This document shows positions 1 through 12,034 of a stretch of DNA of 64,000 nt, in pieces. Position numbers and translations under genes: made by a program. The notes under the pieces were generated by a model. The model was given only the letters and a program-made list of their open reading frames with translations, had not been told where the DNA came from and did no database searches. Each line of letters opens with the position of its first letter. Positions within the stretch are counted from its first letter, which is position 1. The DNA comes from the human T2T-CHM13v2.0 reference genome, Homo sapiens. The stretch is from NCBI RefSeq assembly GCF_009914755.1, contig NC_060936.1. One strand, 5' to 3'.

Positions 1-30
1 AGTGAGTGAGTGCTTGTGTTTGAGATGGGC

Positions 31-39
31 GAGGTGAGT
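31..39 (+). promoter_or_regulatory. Candidate retroviral leader splice donor GAG|GTGAGT
   Basis: Near-consensus 5' splice site in the leader upstream of the gag ATG; usage is inferred. Confidence 0.45.
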
Positions 40-99
40 GAGTGACCCCTTTACCCTTTCCTTCTTGCAGTGTGAGTGTCATTTTGTCTCAGGAGGAAG

Positions 100-1422
100 A
101 TGGGTGGGACGCAAAGTAAGCCCACTCCATTAGGAACTATGTTAAAGAATTTCAAGGAAGGATTTCATGGAGACTATGGAGTTACTATGACTCCAGGAAA
201 ACTTAGAACTTTGTATGAAATAGACTGGCTGGCATTCGAGGTGGGGTGGCCATCAGAGGGAAACTAGACAGGTCCCTTGTTTCCAAAGTATGGCACAAGG
301 TATCAGACAAGCTGGGGCACCCAGACAAGTTTCCATACATAGACACCTGGTTACAGCTGGTATTAGACCCACCACAGTGGTTAAGAGGACAGGCAGCAGC
401 AGTACTAGTGGCAAAAGGACAGACAGCCAGGGAAGGATCCCGCTCCACCCACCAAGGGAAATCATCTCCTAAAGTTCTCTCCGACCCAGCATCAGAGGAC
501 TCATTGCAAGAAATGGCACTGGTGGTGCCCCTCCCCACCCACTGGGAAGAGAGACTCCCTGCTCCTGAGCCCACGGCGCCCGCGCTTCCACGATGCCCAC
601 ACACCCCTAGGCCACCCAGAGTAGGAAAGAGAGGATGGGAGGCCTTGGGAGAGATTCCTCTCTTGGCAGCTTATTTGCGACCTAAGACCAGGATACAAAC
701 GCCCCTGAGAGAGCAGCAGTATACTGGGATAGATGAGGATGGGCATATGGTGGGAAGGTGTGTTTCTGTGTACTGGCCCTTCACCTCTGCCGATCTCCTC
801 AACTGGAAAAGCAATACCCCATCCTATACCTAAAAGCCACAAGTTCTAATTGATTTACTCCAAACTGTTATCCAGACCCACAACCCTACCTGGGCTGATT
901 GTCACCAGTTGCTCATGTACCTCTTTAACACAGATGAAAGGAGGAGAGTGCTCCAAGCAGCAACTAAGTGGCTGGAAGAATGTGTTCTGGCTGATTACCA
1001 AAACCCCCAAGAGTATGCGAGGGCCCAACTACCAGGAAGAGACCCCCAGTGGGATCCGAATGTGAGACAGGACATGCAAAGACTAAGTCGATACAGAGAA
1101 GCCCTTTTAGAGGGGCTAAATAAGGGAGCTCAGAAGGCCACAAACATTATCAAGGTCTCTGAGGTCATTCAGGGAAAAGAAGAAAGTCCAGCATGATTCT
1201 ACGAGAGACTGTGTGAGGCCTATCATCTGTATACTCCCTTTGATCCTGATAGCCCCAAAAATCAGCACATGATTAACATGGCTTGAGTTATTCAAAGCAC
1301 CAAAGACATTAGAAGAAAACTGCAGAAACAGTCTGGGTTTGCAGGCATGAATACTTCACAGTTATTAGAGATAGCCAACCAGGTGTTTGTGAACAGAGAC
1401 GCAGAAAGCCGTAGAGAGAACC

Positions 1423-1455
<33 letters not shown>

Positions 1456-1718
1456 AGCGCCAAGCCCAGTGAAATGCCAACTTGCTAGCCACAGCTATTA
1501 GAGGGGTCCCCCTGAAGGGGCAAAATAAGGGGGGCCCCGGGGAAGATATGCAGTCTGACTGTCCATGTTTGCAGTGTAACCAGTGTGCTTATTGTAAAGA
1601 AATGGGACACTGGAAGAATAAGTGCCCTCACCAAAAAGGAAAACAAGGCTCAGAGCAAGAGGCCTCAGACAAGGATGAAGGGGCCCTGCTCAATCTGGCA
1701 GAAGGGTTACTGGACTGA
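100..1718 (+). pseudogene. gag: HERV-E gag, disrupted
   Basis: ATG at 100 (MGGTQS myristoylation-type start); CA motifs (PFTSADLLNWK, EVIQGKEESPA); NC zinc knuckle CAYCKEMGHWKNKC; terminal TGA at 1716-1718. Frameshift near 265, several stops, and an A29 run at 1425-1453. Confidence 0.92.
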
Positions 1719-4705
1719 GGGGGACTGGGCTCAAGTGTCCCCAGGGAGCCCATGGTCAGAATGACAGTTGGGGGCAAAGACATTGATTTCCTAGTCAATA
1801 CTGGTGCTGAACATTTAGTGGTGACCACCCCAGTCACCCCCTTATCCAAAAAGACTATTGATATAATTAGAGCTATGGGGGTTTCAGCAAAGCAATCCTT
1901 CTGTTTGCCCTGGGCCTGTACTGTAGGGGGATACGAAGTGATTCACCAGTTCCTATACATGCCTGACTGCCCCTTGCTTTTTCTAGGAAGGGAGTTACTT
2001 AGCAAGCTGAGAGCCACCTTCTCTTTTACAAAGCACAGCTCTTTACAGCTAAAGTTACCTGGAACAAGGGTCATCATGGCCCTCATGGTTCCTCGGGAGG
2101 AGGAATGGAGACTCTTCTTAACAGAGTCAGGCCAAGAGATAGGACGAGCCCTGGCTGAGCGGTGGCCAAAGGTGTGGGCAGAAGACAATCCCCAGGGTTG
2201 ACAGTCAACCAAGCCCCCGTACCCATAGAAGTTAAGCCTGGGGCCCAGCCGGTCAGGCAAAAACAGTCCCCAGTCCCCAGAGAAGCTCTTGAAGTTATCC
2301 AGCTCCATCTCATGCACCTGAGGGCCTTTGGAATTGTGGTCTCTTGTCAGTATCCCCTCCTGCCTGTTCCCAAGCCAGGGGCAAGGACACATTCCGGTAC
2401 AGGATTTGTGCTTGGTCAACCAAACTACAGTGACTTTGTATGCAGCAGTACCTAACCTGTACACGTTGTTAGGATTGTTGCTAGCTGAGGATAGCTGATT
2501 CACCTGTCTGGACTTGAAAGATGCTTTCTTTAGCATCAGACTAGACCCTGAGAGCCAGAAACTGTTTGTCTTTCAGTGGGGTCAGGTGTCACCACTCAGT
2601 ACACTTGGACCCGGCTCCCCCAAGGGTTCAAGAACTCCCCCACCATCTTTAGGGAGGCGCTGGCTCGAGACCTGCAGAAGTTTCCCGCCAGAGACCTATG
2701 CTGCATGTTGCTTCAGTACGTTGACGACCTCCTGCTGGGACACCCCACAGCAGTCGAGTGAGCCAAGGGAATGGATACCCTGCTCTGGCACCTGGAGGAC
2801 TTTGGGTATAAGGTGTCCAAGAAAAAAGCTCAGATCTGCTGACAGCAGGTACGTTACCTGGGATTTACTATCTGATAGGGAGAGTGCAGCCTAGGATCAG
2901 AAAGAAAGCAGGTCATTTGCAATCTACCAGAGCCTAAGACCAGAAGGCAGGTGAGAGAATTCTTAGGAGCTGTGGGATTCTGCAGGTTGTGGATCCCAAA
3001 CTTTGCAATACTGGCCAAGCCCCTGTATGAAGTCACAAAGTGGGGCGACAAGGAACCTTTTGAATTGGGGTCCCAACAGCAACAAGCTTTTCATGAGTTA
3101 AAAAAAGAAACTCATGTCGGCCCCAGCCCTGGAGCTGCCTGACCTGACAAAGCCATTTACACTATATGTGTCATAGAGAGAAAAGATGGCGGTTGGAGTT
3201 TTAACCCAGACTGTGGGGCCTTGGCTGAGGCTGGTGGCCTACCTCTCTAAACAACAAGATGGGGTTTCTAAACATTGGCCCCCATGTTTGAGGGCCTTGG
3301 CAGCAACTTCCCTGCTAGCACAAAAAGCGGATAAGCTGACTCTTAGGCAAAAGCTGGACATAAAGGCCCCCCATGCTGTAGTGACTTTAATGAATACCAA
3401 AGGACATCATTGGCTAAGGAATGCTAGAGTAACTAGGTACAAAAGCTTGCTCTGTGAGAATCCCCGCATAACCATTGAAGTTTGCAATACCCTGAACGCT
3501 GCCACCTTGCTCCCGGTATCAGAGATCCCAGTTGAACATAACTGTGTAGAAGCATTAGACTCAGTTTATTCTAGCAGACCTGACCTGTGAGACCAGTCTT
3601 GGACATCGGTAGCCTGGGAGCTGTATGTGGACGGGAGCAGCTTCATCAACCTACAAAGAGAGAGGTGTGTGGGATAGGCAGTGGTAACCCTGCACGCTGT
3701 CATTGAAGCCAAACCGTGGCTCCAGGGTACTTCAGCCCAGAAAGCCGAACTCATTGCTGTAATTCGGGTCTTAGAGTTAAGTGAAGGTAAGACTGTAAAC
3801 ATTTACACTGACTCTTGGTATGCCTTTTTAACCCTCCAAGTGCATGGGGCATTATACAAGGAAAAAGGCCTGTTAAACTCTGGGGGAAAGGACATAAAAC
3901 ATCAGCAAGAGATCCTGCAACTATTAGAGGCAGTGTGGAAGCCCCAAGGGGTGGCAGTCATGCACTGCGGAGGACACCAGTGAGCTTCTACCTCGGTTGC
4001 TTTAGGGAACTCCCGAGCTGGCTCAGAGCCTTGAAAAGCTGCATCCACCCCCTACCGGGCATCAGTCACAGCCCCCCTGCTCCCTCAGGTACCTGACCTT
4101 GTGCCTATTTATTATAAAGAAAAAAAGGAGTTTCTCCAGGCAGAGGGAGGACATGTGGTAGAGGAGGGATGGATCCAGTTACCAGATGGAAGAATAGCTG
4201 TGCCACAGCTGCTAGGAGCCGCAGTTGTACTGGCTATACATGAGATTACCCATCTAGGCCAAGAGTCACTTGAAAAGTTGTTAGGTTGGTACTTCTACAT
4301 CTCACATCTGTCAGCCCTTGCCAAGACAGGGGTGCAGCAGTGTGTCACCTGCCAGCAGCACAATGCTAGGCAGGGTCCAACCATCCCGCCTGGCATACAA
4401 GCTTATGGAACAGTAAGATCTCCAGGTAGACTTCACTGAGATCCCCAAATGTGGAGGTGATCGATGAGGATCAAGAACTGGAACGTAGCCCCTTGCGGCC
4501 ACGGTGGAAAGGCTTGACCACTCCGACAGCTGTGAAGGTAGAGAGAATCCCAGCCTGGATCCACCACAGCCACGTGAAACCTGCAGCATCTGAGACCTGG
4601 GAGGTGAGACCAGACCCAGACAACCCTTGCAAAGTGACTCTGAAGAAGACGACAAGCCCTGCTCCAGTCACACCTGGAAGCTGTCTATACATGGCCAAAG
4701 CATGA
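1719..4705 (+). pseudogene. pol: HERV-E pro-pol (protease, RT, RNase H, truncated integrase), disrupted
   Basis: Protease FLVNTGA (catalytic D changed to N); [12 protein letters not shown] and YVDD (2717-2728); RNase H TSAQKAELIA, IYTDS; integrase HHCC (HEITH...CVTC); integrase C-terminus WIHHSHVKPA. Many stops and frameshifts. Confidence 0.92.
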
Positions 4706-6761
4706 GGAAACTCATCGTGGGACTCATTTTCCTTAAAATTTGGACTTGTACAATAAGGACTTCAACTGACCTTCCTCAGACTGAGGACTGTTCCCAATGC
4801 ATACATCAAGTTACTGAGGTAGGGCAAGAGGTTAAAACAGTCTTTCTGTTTTATAGTTATTATGAATTTACTGGAACTCAAAAAGGGACTTGTTTGTATA
4901 ATGCCACTCAGTACAAGGTATGTAGCCCAGGAAGTGACCAGCCTGATGTGTGCTATAAGCCATCTGAGCCCCCTATGACTACAGTTTTTGAAATAAGATT
5001 GAGGACTGGCAACTGGGGAAAAACTGACACAAGTAAAGTAATAACTAGAACAGAAGAAAAAGGAGTCCCCAAACAAATTATCTTAAAAGTTGATGCCTGT
5101 GCAGCAATCAACAGTGACCCGTATGGAAATGGAATAATATGTGGCTTTCTGGATTGGGAAAGGGACTATATAGTAGAAAATAAGTATGTTTGTCATGAAT
5201 TAGGACTGTGTCATAATGAATGTAGTTACTGGTCCTGTGTCATTTGGGCCACCTGGAAAAAGGATGCAAACAACCCTGTCCACCTTCAGAAAGGGAAGGA
5301 CAATCCCTCCTGCACCACTGGTCATTGTAACCCATTAGAACTAATAATTACTAACCCTTAAGACCCTCACTAGAGAACAGGAGAATATGTAACCCTAGGA
5401 ATCGATGGGGTTGGGCTCGACCCCCGAGTTAGTATTTCAGTCCAAGGGGAGGTATACAGGTGCTCTCCCAAACCAGAGTTTCAGACCTTTTATGATGAGC
5501 TGAATCTGCCAGTGCCAGAGCTTCCAAAAAAGACAAAGAGCTTGTTTCTCCAGCTAGCTGAAAATTTAGCTCATTCCCTCAATGTTACTTCCTGATATGT
5601 ATGTGGAGGAACCACTATGGGAGACTGATGGCCTTGGGAAGCCGGAGAACTGGTGCCTACTGATCCAGTTCCTGACCTAACTCTATTCCAGAAGGCCCAA
5701 ACTAGCAACTTCTGGGTCTTAAAGAGTTCCATTATTGGGCAATATTGCATAGCTAGAGAAGGGAAAAACTTCACCGCCCCTGTGGGAAAGCTCAGTTGCC
5801 TAGGACAAGAGCTGTATAACAGCACAGCAAAGATAGTCACCTGGTGGGGCCTAAACCATACTGAAAAGAACCCATTCAGTAAGTTTACTAAGTTGCAAAC
5901 TGTTTGGGCCCATCCAGAATTTCATCGGGACTGGACAACTCCCGCTGGACTGTATTGAATGTGTGGGCATAGAGCCTACACCAAATTACCTGACCAATAG
6001 GCAGGGAATTGTGTCATTGGCACCATTAAGCCATCCTTTTTCCTGCTACCCATAAGGACAGGTGAGCTTCTAGGTTTCCCTGTCTATACCTCCCAAGAGA
6101 AAAGAAGCATAACCATAGGTAATTGGAAAGATGATGAGTGGCCCCCTGAAAGAATTATGTAGTACTATAGGCCTGCCACATGGGCACCAGACAGCTTGTG
6201 GGGATACCAAAACCCCATCTACATGCTCAACTGGATCATACGGTTACAGGTTGTTTTAGAAATAATGACTAATGAAACTGGCAGAGCTTTGACTCTTTTA
6301 GCCCGGCAGGAAACCCAAATGAGAAATGCCATCTGTCAGAATAGATTGGCCCTAGACTGTTTGGTGGTAGCTGAAGGAGGAGTCTGTGGAAAATTCAAAT
6401 TGACCAATTGCTGTCTGCAAATATGTGATCAAGGACAAGTAGTTGAAAATATATTCAGAGACATGACAAAGTTGGCACATGTGCTTTTGCAGGTTTGGCC
6501 TGGGTTTGATCCTGCATCCCTGTTTGGTAAATGGTTTCCAGCTATAGGAGGATTCAAAACTCCTATCATAGGTGTATTATTAGTGCTAGGAACTTGCTTG
6601 CTGCTTCCCTGCTTGCTACCCTTGCTCCTTCAAACAATGGAAGGCTTTATTACCACCTTGTTCATCAAAAGACTTTGGCACAAGTGTATTACATGAATCA
6701 CTATCGATCTGTTTGACAGGAAGACCTGGGTAGTGAAGACGAGAGTGAGAACTCTCACTAG
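4702..6761 (+). pseudogene. env: HERV-E env, disrupted (open for the first 219 codons)
   Basis: Signal peptide MRKLIVGLIFLKIWTC; Cys-rich SU; degenerate furin site QEKR (6094-6105); [20 protein letters not shown] followed by [10 protein letters not shown]; hydrophobic TM; stop at 6759-6761. First internal stop is at 5359-5361. Confidence 0.92.
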
Positions 6762-6775
6762 TAAGTGAGGTTCTC

Positions 6776-6786
6776 AAAGTGGGGAA
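6776..6786 (+). other. Polypurine tract of the provirus
   Basis: AAAGTGGGGAA immediately before the TG that starts the 3' LTR. Confidence 0.8.
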
Positions 6787-7167
6787 TGAGGAGCGAGACC
6801 ATTTCTCTTACTGTCTCCTGTTTCTGAAGAGAAGGAGGAAGTAAAAGCTGAAAAACAACAGGAATGAATTCAGTGGCAAGACAAACCAGCACCACTGACC
6901 AGGCCTGAGATTAAAGATTAACCCCCATCTCTAACCACATGTGTTATCTATAGATCGCAGACAATGGTATGGAGAAATACTTGCCCTGCTCACCACCACC
7001 ACTAACGTATGTGGACATAGTCACATATCCCATGCTTGCTCAATCAATCACGACCCTTTCACGTGGACCCCCTTAGAGCTGTAAACCCTTAAAAGGGCCA
7101 GGAACTTTTTCTTCAGGGAGCTTGGTTCTTGAGATGGGGGGTTTTGTCTGCAGCCTGTCCTGCTGCA
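6787..7167 (+). mobile_element. 3' LTR, LTR2-family (LTR2B/2C-like), internally deleted
   Basis: TG...CA ends; recalled LTR2 blocks (TGCTTGCTCAATCAATCACGACCC, CCCCTTAGAG, CCCTTAAAAGGG with TATA-like TTAAAA at 7089-7094, GTTTTGTCTGC...GTCCTGCTGCA). Only 381 bp long. Confidence 0.88.
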
Positions 7168-10100
7168 AGAGTGTGCATCCTTGTCTTGTTCCGGTTGTTA
7201 AGGGGAATGCCTACAACATTTCCCCATTCAGTATGATGTAGTTTTGTCATAGATGGCTCTTCTTATTTTGAGGTGTGCACCCTTAATGCCTAGGTTGTTG
7301 AGGGTTTTTATCATGAAGGGATTGTTGGATTTTCTTGAATTCCCTTTCTTTGTCTATTGAGATGATTCTGTGGTTTTTGTTTTTAATTCCACTTATGTGC
7401 TGACTCACATTTGTTGATTCACTTATGTTGAAACATCCTTGCATCCCAGGAATAAAGCCCATTTGATCATGGTGAGTCATTTTTGGTTGTGGTGCTGGAG
7501 TTGGTTTGCTAGTATTTTATCGAGATTTTTTGCATCTATATTCATCAGGAATATTGACCTGTAGTGTTCTTTTACTGTCATGCCTTTGCCAGTTTTTTGG
7601 TATCAGGCAATTATTCAATTGATAGAATCAGATAAGAAGTAATCCCTTCCCTTGAATTTTTTGAATAGCTTCAATAGAATTGGTACCAGCTCTTCTTTGT
7701 ATGTCTGGTAGAATTTGGCTGTGAATCCACCTGGTACAGGGCTTACAAAAATTTTTTTAATATATTTTTTTGGTTGGTAATTTTTTTGTTTGTTTTTGTT
7801 TGTTGTTTGCTTTTTACTGATTTGATTTTGTGACCTGTTATTGGTATGTTCAGGCCTTCAATTTCTTCCTGATTCAATATTGTGAGGTTGTATCTTCTAA
7901 GAATGTATCAATTTCCTCTATATTTTCTAGTGTGTGTGCGTAGAGGCATTCACAGTAGTCTCTGACCATCTTTTATATTCTGTGGAATCAGTTGTAATGT
8001 CATATTTGTCATTTCTGATTGTGCTTATTTTGATCTTACCTCCTTTTTTTGTTAATCTAGCTAGCAGTCCATCAATCTTGTTTATCCTTTCAAAGATCCA
8101 ACTTTTTGTTTTGTAGATTCTTTGTCTAGTTTTTATAGTCTCAATTTCATTGAATTCTGCTTTGATTTTAGTCATTTTTCTTCTGCTAGTTTGAGGTTTC
8201 TTTTTGCTTTTTCTAGTTCCTTTAGGTGTGCCATTAGGTTATTGAGATCTATCTTCTTAATGTTGGTGTTTAGTACTGTAAAATTTCCTCTCAAGACTGC
8301 TTTTGCTGCATTCCAGAGGTTTTGATATGTTGTGTCACTGTTTTCATTTATTTCTGCCTTATTTTTTTTGTTCACCCAGAAGTCTTTCAGGATTAAATTG
8401 TTTAGTTTCCAGGTATTAGGGTTCCTCTTGGTATCGATTTCTATTTTTATCCCACTGTGGTCCAAGAAATTGCTTGGTATGGTTTTGATTTTTTTAATGC
8501 ATTGAGAATTGCTTTATGACTAAGTGCACACTCAATCTTAGAAAATGTTCCATATGCAGACGGGAAGAATATTTATTCTGTAGTTGTTAGGTGGAATATT
8601 CTGTAAATGTCTCTTAGGTCCAATTGGTCAAGTCTTGAATTTATTTCCAGAATGCCTCTGTTGGTTTTCTGCCACATTGATCTGTTTCCTGCTGTCAGTG
8701 TGGTGTTCAAGTCCTCTGTTATTACTGCGTGGCCATCTAAGTCTTTTCATAGGTCTACAAGTAATGGTTTCATAAATCTGGGTACTCTAATGTTGAATGC
8801 ATATATATTTTGGATAGTTAAATCTTCTTGCTAAATTGAATGTTTTATCATTATGCAACACCCTTCAGTGTCCTGTTTTACTGTTGTTGGCTTAGAGTCT
8901 TTTTTATCTGATACAAGCATAGCAACTCCTGCTCTTTTTATTTTCCACTTGCATAATAGATCTTTCTCCATACTTTTACTTTGAGCCTATGGGTGTCATG
9001 ATATGCAAGATGGTTCTCTTGAAGACAACAGAAAAATGAATCTTGTTTTTTCATCTAATTTGCCACCATGTCTTTTAAGTTGAGCATTTAGGCTATTTAC
9101 ATTCAAGGTTAATATTGATGTGTAAGATTTTGTTCCCATCATAGTATTTTTTGCTAGTTGCTTTGTAGTCTCAATTGTGCAGTTGCTTTACAAAAGGGTC
9201 TGTGGGCTGTGCATTTATGTAGACTTTTGGGGTAGCAAGTATTATTCTTTCATTTTCATGTTTAGAACTTTCTTAAGCATTTCTTGTAGGACCATTTGGT
9301 GGTGGTAAATTCCCTTAGTGATTGCTTGTCTGGGAAAGACTTCATTTCTCCTCCCTTTATGAAGCTTAGTTTGGTGGCATATGACATTCTTAGATGGCAT
9401 TTCTTTTCTTCAAGAATACTAAAAATGGACCCTAATCTTTTCTGGCTTGTAAGGTTTGTGGTAACAAGTTGGCTGTTAGTTCGATGAGTTTCCTTTTATA
9501 GGTAATATGGCCCTTTTCTCTATATGCCTTTAAGATTTTTTCTTTTGAGTCAACACTGGATAATCTGATGCCTATGATTTGGGGATGACCAGCTTGTATA
9601 GTATATGCAGGAATTCTCTGGATTTCTTATATCTTCATGATGACTTCTCTAGCAAGATTGGGGAAATTTTCCTGAATTATATACTCAGATATATTTTCCA
9701 AATTTCTTACTTTCTCTCTTAGGCATGCCAATAAATTATAGGTTTGGTTGCTTTACATAATCATATATTTATCAAGGATTTATTCAGTTTTTTGAAACCC
9801 TTTTTTCTTTACTTTTGTCTGACTGGATTGGTTCAAAGGACCAGTCTTCAAGCTCTGAAATTCTTTCTTACGTTTTGACTAGTGTGTTATTAAGGCTCCC
9901 AGTTGCTTTTTGAAATTCTTGCAGTGAATGTTTCAATTACAGAAGTTCTGTTTGCTTATTTCTTAATACAACTATGTCCTCTTTCAAATCTTGGATCATT
10001 TTTCTTGTTTTCATCAGGTTGGGTACCAACTTTCTCTTGGATCTCATTTAGTTTCCTTGCCACCCAGATTCTGAATTCTGTATCTGTCATTTCAGAAATT

Positions 10101-11440
10101 TATTCTTGTCAAGATCCATTGTTAGGAAGCTAATGCAATCCTTTGAAGGTGGTAAAATACTTTTTTTTTTTTTTTTTTTTTTTGTATTGCCAGAGTTCTT
10201 GCACTGGTTTCTTCTCATCTGAAGAAGCCGATACTTCTTTTTTGAACTTGCTATTGTTTGGATGGGAATTTTAAATTTTTATTCTTTTTACTCTTGAGGT
10301 TATAATTGTAGTATATGTAGTAATTGGATTCATTTCTGGGTGCTTTCAGAGGACCAAAACTCTGTATGGTTCCCTTGTTTGCAGAGTGGAACATCTGGCG
10401 GTTTCCTCAGATGTTGCTTTTTGTAGTGATATTTTTGTTGGGTGATGTAAGTCAGTCTTTGGTCCAGTAGATAAAGCTTGAGAGTAAGAGCCAGCAGCAG
10501 GTAGGCTCTTATTCTGCATGTCGTCACCCTCAGTGGGGGTGAAGGCAACTAAAACGCTTAAGAAGCACTCTATTCTAGCAGGCACTTACCTTTGGCAGGG
10601 GTGGAGCCACTGGACAAGACTGAGAAGTGGCCTCTTTCAGCCCATGCTTCCCAGGTCCCAGTGGGAAGAGCCACTGCCATGTCTGCAACATTGTGGGGAG
10701 GGCAAGGGACAAGAGATGACCCCTTCTCCACTTCTCTTCCCTGGCTTTGGTAATAGAGCAGCTGGTGTCATGCTCATGTTTCCTTTGATCCAAGAAAGAC
10801 TTTGGTGGACTGTGCTTTCCTCTTCCTTAGGGGCAGTCAGAGCCAAGGGTTAGTTCTGCAGGGGATAAGTTTCCACCTCCTTCCTGCTCATTGGAACTGG
10901 GGGTCACTATTCTCAAGCTGATCAAGGGGGCAGCCTGGAGCACCCAGCAATGACACATGAAGACCAGTTGCAGGTCACAAAGCTGTCCCTGTGGCAAGTC
11001 TTATTGCCCAGGAGAAACCTCTGTTTCAGCGACTCTCCTACTGTTCCACTCATGAGACAGGAGAGAGCCTAATTCCAGCATCTACTGCTGGAGTACTCTC
11101 CATACTCACCACTCAATTCTGGCTGTGGAGGCCCTTTTCCCTCTCCAGAAAGAATGCTCCAATCTCTGGCCCAAAACTAAAATGCCTGCAGGGAACGCAA
11201 CTTCCAGGTTACCAAACAATGACTAACTTTGTATGAACCTGGATTAAAAATGACATCCTAATTTCAGGAAGTGCCCGAAGCTTCCCTCTGTCTGCCTCTC
11301 AGCCTTTCCACAAATTAGCTCCCAGCCTTAGAAGAAGCAGGGTGCTGTCCCTTGGCCTGGGTTGCACAGATCGCTATTGGAAAGGTGAGTCAGGGAGGGA
11401 AACTTCTCATGTGCTGGAGCTTCACTCATTTTTGTCACCC
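7168..11440 (-). mobile_element. Old L1 (L1PB/L1MA-age): 5' UTR, ORF1 and 5' half of ORF2, interrupted by the provirus
   Basis: Minus-strand ORF2 peptides [38 protein letters not shown]...NTWKLNN...[17 protein letters not shown]1-like and GC-richer 5' UTR-like sequence runs to about 11440. The L1 sequence starts right at the LTR's CA. Confidence 0.88.
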
Positions 11441-12034
11441 AATTTTTAAGGGGAAATTGGATTAAAGCTACATTATTGGGCCAGGGAGAACTTTCTATTA
11501 AATTTATAAAATTTTTCTGCCAAATGTCTTCAACTGCTGTACAACAGTAAAATTAATAAAAACATTTAGCAACTAAGCAAAGTGAAGATGGAAAAGGCAA
11601 GGGAACAGTGAAGTCATAAGTATTAACTAGTCCTGAGACAAATTGTAGAGAGAAAAATAGGGACAAAGTGCTATTTTGTCCCTTGATTGTTATGTATATA
11701 TTTACAAACACTGGCTAAGTTTTTTCCTTCCCTTCTCATTTCTCTATTATTTCATGTAAATATCATTGTTGGTAACTTTTTACTTGAGTCTGTGGGTTGT
11801 AGGATATTCACGTGGTTTTGTATTCAAATAGTGATAGATAGAATCACCAGCACTGCATTGAGGATACGTTGGACATAGTTTACTCCTAGAACTTTACATC
11901 TAACAATTTTCAAGAGAAGGTGAAGATGTCTTCATTTGCACCAAGAATTGTCATACTTTATTAGGAACAAGGATTGAGCTGTTATTGATACTCTATAGAG
12001 GTTTAATATGCATAGAAGTGTACAGATGCTGGAC

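Larger units (their letters stand above)
1..7167 (+). mobile_element. HERV-E-family (class I, gamma-like) endogenous provirus; 5' LTR/PBS outside the window
   Basis: Collinear gag-pro-pol-env remnants. Gag N-terminus MGGTQSKPTPLGTMLKNFK and Env N-terminus MRKLIVGLIFLKIWTC match recalled HERV-E proteins. PPT plus LTR2-like 3' LTR at the end. Confidence 0.93.

Noticed and set aside
5359-6000. APOBEC3-type hypermutation of env (TGG to TAG/TGA stops at about 5371, 5956, 5998)
   Set aside because: Too few events to separate from ordinary decay without an alignment; many Trp codons remain and other stops look like CpG decay.
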